Positions 47,341 through 54,570 of a stretch of DNA of 58,539 bases are shown piece after piece. Source of the stretch: an uncultured Gammaproteobacteria bacterium (GTDB lineage: Bacteria; Patescibacteriota; Patescibacteriia; Patescibacteriales; UBA12465); NCBI GenBank assembly GCA_964408775.1, contig CAYPAP010000003.1:47615-106153 (forward strand), read 5' to 3'. The stretch's first letter is position 1, and the number at the start of each line of letters is the position of its first letter. Below the pieces are notes generated by a model. It did no database searches, had not been told where the DNA came from, and saw only the letters and a program-made list of their open reading frames with translations. A program made the position numbers and the translations under genes.

Positions 47341-47448
47341 TTTTTCTCAGCTAATTAATTGAACTCAAAAATAGACCGACGAAGAGACCAATCATATTGT
47401 CCTAGAATACAATTTATTGTTTCAAGGATGATACTTAAAAAAACTTAT

Positions 47449-50400
47449 ATGACAAAATTACGCAAATTTTTCGTATCTTCTGTCATGGTAATGACTGTAG
47501 TTGTTATGAGTGGTTTAACTGCTCCTATGGCTACAAATGCTGCTGCTTCTGCAGGTGACCTGATTAAAAAAGATGGTCTTTCAGCTGTTTATTACTTAGG
47601 CGAAGATGGAAAAAGATATGTGTTCCCGAACGAATCTACTTACAAATCATGGTACAGTGACTTCTCTGGAGTTGTTACTGTTTCTGCTGATGAATTAGCT
47701 AGCTACCCATTGGGCGCTAACGTAGTAGTTCGACCTGGAACATTCTTAGTTAAAATTACAACCGATCCTAAAGTATACGCTGTTGAATCTAACGGTACTT
47801 TAAGACACGTACAAACTGAAGCTGACGCTATTGCTCTATACGGTGCTAACTGGGCACAAAGAGTAATCGACGTAGCTGATTCTTTCTTCACAAATTATAC
47901 TATTGGAACTCCTTTGGCTTCTAACGAAGTACCAGAGGGAACTTTAGTACAAAAAAGTGGTGAAGGAAATATTTATTACTATGATGGCACTGATTATCGT
48001 CTAATTGAAGACGAAGTTGCTTTCTTAGCTAATAGATTCCAATTCGGACATGTTATTACTTACAATAACTTCACTGCTAGTGGTTCAACAATCACAGGTG
48101 CTGAAGCTGGTATCACTAAGACTTCACAAAGTGGTGCTACTGGTCCAGTTGTGACTGGCTCAGGTTTGGTGGTTAGCTTAAGTTCTAATACCCCAGCATC
48201 TCAAAATATTCCTAGTGGGTCTTCAGTTGAATTTTTAAAATTCAACATGACAGCTGCTAATGATGGTCCGGTTAATGTTTCAAGCATTAAATTGACTGCT
48301 GATGGTCTAAGTGACGCTCAAAACATTGATTCTGTTACTTTTTACGATGGTAATATGAAAATTGGCACCTCTAAGAATATAAATTCTGACAGAGAAGCTA
48401 TTTTTAATTTTGCTAATCCTATTTATGTAGCAGCTGGTACAACTAAAACTTTAACTGTCAAAGCTACTATTGCTGTTAATACTGGAACATACGGACTAGG
48501 TATTGTCAGCGCTTCAGATATTATTTCTTCTGGCGCTACTGTAACTGGATCATTCCCTATAAATAGCAACTTAATGTCTGCTGTTTCTGCTTCGCTGGGT
48601 ACACTGCAAGTAACTAGTGCTACTGCGATCACAAACACTGTAAGCTTTGGTGAGGACAACGTTTTATTATCAGAATTTGCCCTAAGAGCTGGCAGTAATG
48701 AAGATGCGTTACTACAATCAATCACTCTATATAACAGCGGTACAAACTCTAATGATATCGTTGATAATCTAAAATTGATTATTGATGGTGAAGAAGTTTC
48801 CACTGGTGTATATGCTGATCGTTATGTAACCTTCACTCTAAACAATTATAAAATTGAAAAGAGTGATACTATTTCAGTTGAAGTGAGAGGTGATATTGGC
48901 ACAACCAGTAATAATGATACCATTAAGATGTATATTAAGGAATCTCTTGATGTAGTTGCTGTTGGTGCAACCCATGGCTTTGGTTTAACACTTACTAATA
49001 CTGTGTTAAATTCTGCCATTTCAACTGTTACCATTCAAACTGGTGATTTTTCCATTGATATGGACAAGGCGATTACTCCAGCTAGAGATGTAAAAGCTGA
49101 CACTAAAGATGTTGTTTTAGCTACTATTAAAATGACTTCAAATGGTGAAAATGCTACTCTAACTGGTATTGCTAATACTGGTTTTTATGTAACTTATGGA
49201 ACTGGAACTACTACTCAAATGTTAGAAAATGTTAAATTGGTGGATAAATCTACTGGTGGTATTTATGACTTAACTGCTGCCACATCTTCAACTTCTACTC
49301 AGCTAACATTAGATGATGAAATTTCATTAGTTAAAGGAGTTACCAAAACCTTTGAACTTAAGGCTGATATTTTAACTGCTGCTCCAGAAAATCAAACTTT
49401 TGCGGTTACTTTAGCAGGATCTGCTATGACTATCGAAGGGGATGTCTCTGGTGCAAATATTTCTAATATTACTCCAAGTTCAGTTACTGGATCTATTATT
49501 ACTGTTAAAGCTGCTTCCTTAACTGTTACTCCAACTGCCTTGGTTTCTACCAATGTTGTTGGTGGTGCTAACAGTGTTATTGTTTATCAGGCTAAAGTAA
49601 AGGCTGGTACAGCAGATGGTGTTAAGATTCAATCTGTAAAATTAACTTCAGCTACTAGTTCAGCTGCCACTTCTGCTTTTACAGATAATAATATAACCAA
49701 GTTAAGCTTGTGGTTAAATGGCAAGTTGTTGAAAGAAGTTTCTAATCAAATTGCTAATGATTCAACCACAACTAATGGAACTATCACTTTCAGTTCATTG
49801 AATACTGCTAATTATACTATTCCTGCTGGGATGGAGTATGATCTAGTAGTAATGGCTGATTTTGCTTCAAGCTTAATCGCTGGTGACTTTAAATTGAAAG
49901 TAGATGCTCCTGCTGATTGGACAGTTAGATCTGTTGATGGAAATAAAGTAGTTACCCCAAATGACGGTGATGCAACTTCTAGAGTTGTCACTGCTGCAAC
50001 CAAGGGAACATTAACTGTTTCATTGGTTACTACTGACTCTAAGGCTAGTCGTGATTCATATGTTTTAGCTGGCTCTGAAAGTGAGGCTGGTCGTTATCTT
50101 GGTGAACTGAAGTTCGTTACCGCTAAAGAAGCTATTAAAGTAGAAACTTTGACTTTAACTGCAACTTCAAGCTCTTCAGCTTTTAATGACGATATTGAAT
50201 CAATCAAATTGGTAACTGCTGATGGAGTTGTTATTGCCAGCGCTAATGTTACTTCTGCTGGGCATGCAACATTTGATCCTTTTAATGTAGTATTTGACGC
50301 TGATAAATCAACATCATTATTCATCGCTGTTGAGGCAAAGGGTATTAATGTTAATGAGGATCCAACATCTACAGCTGACCATGGTGATCACATCACCTAT

Positions 50401-51000
50401 GCTCTAGGCGCTGTTACTGCTAAAGGAAATCTTTCTGGGGAAACTATCAATGTTACAAATAGCGGAGGCGTTTCTAAGAAGGCTACTATTGTTGGCTCTA
50501 AATTAATATCTATTACCAATGCTATGTCAGATGGAACCTTAACTGGCGGCACAGGTAAAATATTAGGTAAGTACACTCTTGTCTTCGATAATGGTGTTAA
50601 CAGAGATAATGCTAATGAAGCTATGAAAGCTGCTTTATCAAGCATTAAGATAACTTTCTCTAACACTGCAACTGTAACTGCTCCTTACTTATACATCGAA
50701 GGTCATGCTTCAAATAAAGCAACCTCAACTGGTGTTGTGAGTGGAAGTGTTACGTTTACAGATAATCTAGCTAACTTAGTAGATAGCGGAGAAATTGACG
50801 GATCTGTTACTATAGTAGTTGCTGGTCAGGTTACTACATCTGGTGAAAACCAATATGTACAAACTTCATTAGCTTCTTTAGGAGGTGACGTTCAATATTA
50901 TGTTGACGTTGATAATAGCTCAGCATCAAATGGAAGTGAGTCTATTACTTCAATGTTGATTAATGTTAACGATGTTAATGGAGCTACTTTGAGTAACTAG
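47449..51000 (+). CDS. Giant secreted surface (S-layer-like) protein with an N-terminal triple repeat module and ~6-7 Ig-like beta modules
   Basis: Signal peptide MTKLRKFFVSSVMVMTVVVMSGLTAPMATNAAAS. T/S/A/G/V/N-rich. By my reading there is no Cys after the signal peptide. ATG 47449 is preferred over the TTG 47359 ORF-track start. Strong terminator downstream. Confidence 0.7.
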   Translation: MTKLRKFFVSSVMVMTVVVMSGLTAPMATNAAASAGDLIKKDGLSAVYYLGEDGKRYVFPNESTYKSWYSDFSGVVTVSADELASYPLGANVVVRPGTFLVKITTDPKVYAVESNGTLRHVQTEADAIALYGANWAQRVIDVADSFFTNYTIGTPLASNEVPEGTLVQKSGEGNIYYYDGTDYRLIEDEVAFLANRFQFGHVITYNNFTASGSTITGAEAGITKTSQSGATGPVVTGSGLVVSLSSNTPASQNIPSGSSVEFLKFNMTAANDGPVNVSSIKLTADGLSDAQNIDSVTFYDGNMKIGTSKNINSDREAIFNFANPIYVAAGTTKTLTVKATIAVNTGTYGLGIVSASDIISSGATVTGSFPINSNLMSAVSASLGTLQVTSATAITNTVSFGEDNVLLSEFALRAGSNEDALLQSITLYNSGTNSNDIVDNLKLIIDGEEVSTGVYADRYVTFTLNNYKIEKSDTISVEVRGDIGTTSNNDTIKMYIKESLDVVAVGATHGFGLTLTNTVLNSAISTVTIQTGDFSIDMDKAITPARDVKADTKDVVLATIKMTSNGENATLTGIANTGFYVTYGTGTTTQMLENVKLVDKSTGGIYDLTAATSSTSTQLTLDDEISLVKGVTKTFELKADILTAAPENQTFAVTLAGSAMTIEGDVSGANISNITPSSVTGSIITVKAASLTVTPTALVSTNVVGGANSVIVYQAKVKAGTADGVKIQSVKLTSATSSAATSAFTDNNITKLSLWLNGKLLKEVSNQIANDSTTTNGTITFSSLNTANYTIPAGMEYDLVVMADFASSLIAGDFKLKVDAPADWTVRSVDGNKVVTPNDGDATSRVVTAATKGTLTVSLVTTDSKASRDSYVLAGSESEAGRYLGELKFVTAKEAIKVETLTLTATSSSSAFNDDIESIKLVTADGVVIASANVTSAGHATFDPFNVVFDADKSTSLFIAVEAKGINVNEDPTSTADHGDHITYALGAVTAKGNLSGETINVTNSGGVSKKATIVGSKLISITNAMSDGTLTGGTGKILGKYTLVFDNGVNRDNANEAMKAALSSIKITFSNTATVTAPYLYIEGHASNKATSTGVVSGSVTFTDNLANLVDSGEIDGSVTIVVAGQVTTSGENQYVQTSLASLGGDVQYYVDVDNSSASNGSESITSMLINVNDVNGATLSN

Positions 51001-51055
51001 TTCTATGTGTAGATAAGTTTTTCTCAATTTTTCTTTAATATAAATTGTAAAAAAA

Positions 51056-51083
51056 GAAGGTCCCCTCGGGGGCCTTCTTTTTT
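51056..51083 (+). terminator. Intrinsic terminator of the surface protein gene
   Basis: gaaggtcccc-tcg-ggggccttc followed by tttttt. Confidence 0.85.
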
Positions 51084-51269
51084 ATTTCAGCCTCTTGCTT
51101 TTAAAAAATTTACCTAAAAATTATTATTTCTTTAAAAAGAATTTATCCCTTTTTTGCTAATATTTTTATTATCTAATAATTAATAAAAATATTAAAGATT
51201 GATTAGAAAAATTAATAAGATTTCTATTGATGATTTTGAGGTTATAAAGAATAAAATAAAAGAGTTTCT

Positions 51270-51337
51270 ATAAAAAAACGACTCCTGCTTCAAAAAAGCA
51301 AGAGTCTCGGAGTTGCATTAATATGCGAACCAATTAT
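51270..51337 (-). ncRNA. Candidate ~68-nt sRNA 'E'
   Basis: Downstream of the minus-strand promoter ttgtat-N17-tatagt (51344-51372). Contains a gcat-atta-atgc hairpin. Ends in a gactcttgctt/aagcaggagtc terminator plus T-run. Confidence 0.45.
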
Positions 51338-51372
51338 GTTTTTACTATAGCAAATTTTTCCAGAAAATACAA

Positions 51373-51565
51373 GGGCAAAAAATACTTAATTATATTAGTA
51401 ATATCTGGTTGTACGAAAAAATCGTACAACTGATTTAAATAAAAAAAAGAGAATGGCGCAACTATCCGGAATTTCCGGACAGTTGGACTTAAAGGTATAA
51501 ATATTTATAGAAAATAAAATAATCTTTCAGCATGCTGTAATTCCCAGCCTACTGAAAAATATTGA
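51373..51565 (+). repeat. Island repeat segment (copy 1) with strong hairpins
   Basis: ttaattatattagtaatatctggttgtacgaaaaaat and tcagcatgctgtaattcccagcctactg recur at 53350-53423. Hairpins gttgtacga/tcgtacaac (51408-51430) and caactatccgga/tccggacagttg (51459-51485). Confidence 0.8.
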
Positions 51566-51576
51566 AAAATAAGCGC

Positions 51577-51605
51577 TTGCTTTTTTATAAAAAATTTGCT
51601 ATAAT
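51577..51605 (+). promoter_or_regulatory. Reiterated island promoter P1 (TTGCTT-N17-TGCTATAAT)
   Basis: The 46-nt block aaaaataagcgcttgcttttttataaaaaatttgctataatattaa is identical at 52310-52355. Related copies lie at 54950-54978 and, degenerate, at 51092-51122 and 53039-53068. Confidence 0.75.
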
Positions 51606-51611
51606 ATTAAC

Positions 51612-51733
51612 AGTGATATTTGTGAGGACATTTGTTCTCTCGCGGTCAAGTTAAAACTGCAGACAAATATCATGACAAAAGAAGTTTTTAGTCGCATCTC
51701 AAGTCTCCCTCGTGGAAGACTTTTTTTGTTTTT
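51612..51733 (+). ncRNA. Candidate sRNA family 1, copy A (~120 nt), antisense to the 3' end of the 167-aa gene
   Basis: Closing stem gatatttgt/acaaatatc, inner stem gcggt/actgc, and the aagtctccc...ggaagactt terminator plus T-run. Homologous to 53075-53193. Overlaps CDS 51688-52191 by ~46 nt. Confidence 0.55.
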
Positions 51734-52191
51734 CTTGAGATTGAACAATTTTTCTTCTTCCAGAAAGGTATAATACTCCAAAAATAGGGGTTATTATTTT
51801 CTATTTTTTTAACTATTATTTTTAATCTTACCTTATCAATAATAGCTATAAAAGCAAAATAAGTAACCCTTTTTTCTTTTTCTTTCCATTCTCCTGATAT
51901 TTTTATTTTTTCTATATTTTCTGACTTCTGAATTTCTTGAAGGGTATGAGACATTTTTATTATTAATGGTGCTAGCTGAATAAATTTTAATCTTATATAT
52001 TGATCATTTTTTGGTCTAGATTTATTCCAAGACTTCATTTTTATATGAGATAATCCTTTGGCGTTAAAGCTCACCAAGGTTTTTAAATATGGGCAATAAA
52101 CTTTCTCTATATTCTTGTAAAACTCCTCAGCCTCTTCTTTAGTGTTTTTAAAAATATCTTCATTAGTATTTGTCTTATTCCTCATAATCAT
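51688..52191 (-). CDS. Hypothetical 167-aa protein (cassette effector 1; possible small nuclease/toxin-like, unassigned)
   Basis: ORF with a near-leaderless start behind shared upstream block U. K/I/E-rich. The C-terminal beta-rich segment YFAFIAIIDKVRLKIIVKKIENNNPYFWSIIPFW only vaguely recalls small RNase toxin folds (speculative). Confidence 0.55.
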   Translation of the reverse strand: MIMRNKTNTNEDIFKNTKEEAEEFYKNIEKVYCPYLKTLVSFNAKGLSHIKMKSWNKSRPKNDQYIRLKFIQLAPLIIKMSHTLQEIQKSENIEKIKISGEWKEKEKRVTYFAFIAIIDKVRLKIIVKKIENNNPYFWSIIPFWKKKNCSISRKTKKVFHEGDLRCD

Positions 52192-52290
52192 ATTTATTAT
52201 ATATAATTAATTTATTGTATCAGATATGTATTAAATATATTTTAAATTAAGTATAAAAATAATATAAATATTTCAATTATTTGGTAAATA
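52192..52290 (-). repeat. Shared upstream block U, copy 1 (promoter/5' region of cassette effector 1)
   Basis: ~95 bp (atataattaatttattgtatcagatatgtattaaat...aagtataaaaataatataaatattt) nearly identical to 52945-53040. On the minus strand a TATAAT lies ~10 nt before the ATG. Confidence 0.85.
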
Positions 52291-52322
52291 TTAAAAATAT
52301 TAAAAAAATAAAAAATAAGCGC

Positions 52323-52351
52323 TTGCTTTTTTATAAAAAATTTGCTATAAT
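52323..52351 (+). promoter_or_regulatory. Reiterated island promoter P2
   Basis: ttgctt-N17-tataat with TGC extension. Identical to P1. Confidence 0.75.
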
Positions 52352-52357
52352 ATTAAT

Positions 52358-52452
52358 ATACATACGAAGAGGGCCTCAAAACATTGGCTTTGCCTAAGTG
52401 GAGACTCCCTTTTTAACAAAAGCCACTAGTTTTCTAGTGGTTTTTGTTTTTT
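52358..52452 (+). ncRNA. Candidate sRNA family 2, copy B (~95 nt), antisense to the 3' end of the NYN gene
   Basis: 5' catacgaagaggg, stem aagaggg/ccctttt, and terminator gccactag-tttt-ctagtgg plus T-run. Overlaps CDS 52426-52944 by ~27 nt. Homologs on the minus strand at 53213-53303 and 55145-55231. Confidence 0.55.
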
Positions 52453-52944
52453 AATTAATTTTAATTTTATTTTATATAAATAATCAAAATATTTTCTACC
52501 TAATTTTTTATATAAAGAAGATGCATATTTTCTGTTTGGAAATAATATTTTTTCAAACTTATCCTTTTCTATTAAATAATTAACCAATTTAATATAATCA
52601 CCATCACCCGAGATCAAAACTATTTTATTAAATATTTCTTTTTCACAGATTTTTTTCATTGCATCAAATATAATATCACAATCAATATTTCCTTTCTTTT
52701 TGCTGGTCATGGATGACAAATGATTTTTAAATATTATTTTGTAATTGCAATTTTCTAATTTGTTATAGATATTTTGATTTAAAATATCCCTATAGCCTAC
52801 ATAATAATAAACATCTTTAATTTTATATTTTTTCTTTAAGTATTTTCTTAATTTTTTAAAATCAATAACCCAAGGTTCATCTTCTAATTTTGTGCCAATA
52901 TATAAGTTTTGACCATCAATAAAACATAGATTATTTTCTTCCAT
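52426..52944 (-). CDS. NYN-domain (LabA/DUF88-like, PIN-related) putative ribonuclease (cassette effector 2)
   Basis: 172 aa. CFIDGQNLY at the N-terminus, GNIDCDIIFDAM, and LISGDGDYIKLV, which are typical NYN acidic motifs. Confidence 0.75.
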   Translation of the reverse strand: MEENNLCFIDGQNLYIGTKLEDEPWVIDFKKLRKYLKKKYKIKDVYYYVGYRDILNQNIYNKLENCNYKIIFKNHLSSMTSKKKGNIDCDIIFDAMKKICEKEIFNKIVLISGDGDYIKLVNYLIEKDKFEKILFPNRKYASSLYKKLGRKYFDYLYKIKLKLIKKQKPLEN

Positions 52945-53040
52945 AATTATTTATTACATATAATTAATTTATTGTATCAGATATGTGTTAAATGAATTTT
53001 AAATTAAGTATAAAAATAACATAAATATTTTTATTTTCTT
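52945..53040 (-). repeat. Shared upstream block U, copy 2
   Basis: Near-identical to 52192-52290 up to the start codon of the NYN gene. Confidence 0.85.
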
Positions 53041-53074
53041 GTTTTTTTATCTAAAAGTGTATTATAATATTAAC

Positions 53075-53193
53075 AGTGATATTTGTAGGGTCTTGGCTCT
53101 CTCACGGTCTTCTAAAACCGTAGCAAATATCATAATAAAAGAAGTTTTCAGTCAGACTGCAAGTCTCCCTCGTGGAAGACTTTTTTTGTTTTT
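53075..53193 (+). ncRNA. Candidate sRNA family 1, copy C
   Basis: Same closing stem, terminator and 3' tail as copy A. The inner stem is acggt/accgt versus gcggt/actgc in copy A, so the first pair changes from G-C to A-U (compensatory). Driven by the degenerate promoter copy at 53039-53068. Confidence 0.5.
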
Positions 53194-53212
53194 CTTGAGA
53201 TTGAGCAATTTT

Positions 53213-53303
53213 AAAAAAATAAAAACCACTAGAAAAACTAGTGGCTTTTATTAAAGAGGATCCTTTGTATTAAAAAATACTTCGGTGCCTTCTTCGTATG
53301 GAT
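53213..53303 (-). ncRNA. Candidate sRNA family 2, copy C'
   Basis: Minus-strand promoter ttgaat-N17-tatagt (53310-53338). 5' ccatacgaagaagg, stem aagaagg/cctcttt, and terminator gccactag-ttttt-ctagtgg plus T-run. Confidence 0.5.
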
Positions 53304-53338
53304 GTTTTTACTATAGCAAATTTTTCCAGAAAATTCAA

Positions 53339-53480
53339 GAAAAAACTGTTTAATTATATTGGTAATATCTGGTGGTACGAAAAAATATTACAATCAGCAT
53401 GCTAGAATTTCCAGCCTACTGGATTAGGGTGTTTTCGTGGTCCAAGTGTACGAAAAAATCGTACGATTAAAATTTTAGCT
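53339..53480 (+). repeat. Island repeat segment (copy 2)
   Basis: Shares ttaattatattggtaatatctggtggtacgaaaaaat and tcagcatgctagaatttccagcctactg with 51373-51565. Has a second gtacga-aaaaa-tcgtac hairpin near 53448-53464. Confidence 0.8.
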
Positions 53481-53573
53481 TATATTTATCTTTGATTTAT
53501 AAAATATTCATCAAGCTTCTGTTACAATAAATCTAGTTTTGAGTAGTTATATATTTTTTTAAAATAATGAAAT

Positions 53574-53624
53574 AAAAAAACCCATCGGGTTCGCATGAGC
53601 TTTACGGCTTAGAGGCGCGATGGG
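53574..53624 (-). terminator. Terminator-like hairpin on the minus strand (possible end of a short divergent RNA)
   Basis: cccatcg/cgatggg 7-bp stem with a 30-nt loop, followed on the minus strand by ttttttt. Confidence 0.35.
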
Positions 53625-53666
53625 CAACGACTCTCATTGTAATCTATTCTTTCAAAAAACACTATA

Positions 53667-53695
53667 TTGACATATTTTATTTCATAAGCTATAAT
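53667..53695 (+). promoter_or_regulatory. Consensus sigma70 promoter of the toxin-antitoxin operon
   Basis: TTGACA-N17-TATAAT (ttgaca tattttatttcataagc tataat), 30 nt upstream of ATG 53725. Confidence 0.75.
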
Positions 53696-53724
53696 AATGA
53701 TAGCTATTATTTTAATATAATTAT

Positions 53725-54570
53725 ATGATTAATAAAAAATCTTTAGGTAACAAAATTAAGGCTTTAAGAGAGTTCGAAGGAATGAGCCAAGAAGATTTGG
53801 CCCAAAAAGTAGAATTATCCAGAGTGGCCATATCTCAAATTGAACAAGGCAATAGAAATGTTGATTTTTTAGAATTAGCCAAAATAGCCCAAGTTTTTAA
53901 ATTAAAAACCGATTATTTTTTAATAGAGGATGAATTGCCCAATATCAAACCAACAAAAGAACCGAATAAAGCTAATAAGTTTAATCCCAAAAAACTCAAA
54001 AATGTTATTTTGTATATTTTAGAAAAATGTGCGGGGAAGCCAAATGTTGGAGAAACGGTATTGTATAAATTATTGTATTTTATTGATTTTGATAATTTTG
54101 AAATTAATGGTCAATCAATTTCTGGGTTAAACTACATCCATTTGCAATACGGGCCAGTTCCAATGGCTTCTTTGTACTCGCCAGTAATAGAAGAGATGAA
54201 GCTTGGGCAAGAGCTAAAAATTATTATTTCTGATTATTTTGGTTTAAAGATAAAGCGGTATATTAATTTAGTTACTCATGATATTGATTCTTTGTCCCCT
54301 AAAGAAACCAAAGTTATTGATAATGTTATCGGGTCTCTTTCTAATATGTCCGCCTCGCAGATAGAAGAATATTCTCATGGTGATGCTCCTTGGCGGTTGA
54401 CCAGCGAAAAAGAGCTTATTCCATATAATCTTGTTTTTGAGCGTCAATCTCCATATGCCAAAAGAAGCGCTGACGATCTTAGATATTTTAAAATGACTGG
54501 AGCTAGGGATATTTTGAATCAATTAGGCCCTATTTCTAAGGCAGAGTATGATTATTACGAAAATCTATGA
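53725..54570 (+). CDS. XRE-family HTH fused to a DUF4065/Panacea (SocA-like) antitoxin domain
   Basis: 281 aa. HTH MSQEDLAQKVELSRVAISQIEQGNR. The C-terminal KLKNVILYILEK...VLYKLLYFIDFDNF...LQYGPVP is typical of DUF4065. Overlaps the toxin gene by 4 nt. Confidence 0.75.
   Translation: MINKKSLGNKIKALREFEGMSQEDLAQKVELSRVAISQIEQGNRNVDFLELAKIAQVFKLKTDYFLIEDELPNIKPTKEPNKANKFNPKKLKNVILYILEKCAGKPNVGETVLYKLLYFIDFDNFEINGQSISGLNYIHLQYGPVPMASLYSPVIEEMKLGQELKIIISDYFGLKIKRYINLVTHDIDSLSPKETKVIDNVIGSLSNMSASQIEEYSHGDAPWRLTSEKELIPYNLVFERQSPYAKRSADDLRYFKMTGARDILNQLGPISKAEYDYYENL

Noticed and set aside
47359-47448. TTG start at 47359 for the surface-protein ORF (ORF-track N-terminus MNSKIDRRRDQSYCPRIQ...)
   Set aside because: The extension precedes a canonical signal peptide that begins at ATG 47449, and it lies within the structured leader. 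ATG 47449 (or 47428) is more plausible.
47703-50666. Multiple minus-strand ORFs inside the surface-protein gene
   Set aside because: They are shadow ORFs of a long, codon-biased gene. None has start or terminator context.
51599-51781. 60-aa minus ORF, and the 71-aa plus ORF at 53039-53254
   Set aside because: Both run through the sRNA hairpin and terminator sequences. The palindromic terminator yields SLPRGRL on both strands. They show no start context and their composition is driven by T/A runs. I kept the short 33-aa plus-strand ORF only as an alternative explanation in the family 1 finding.
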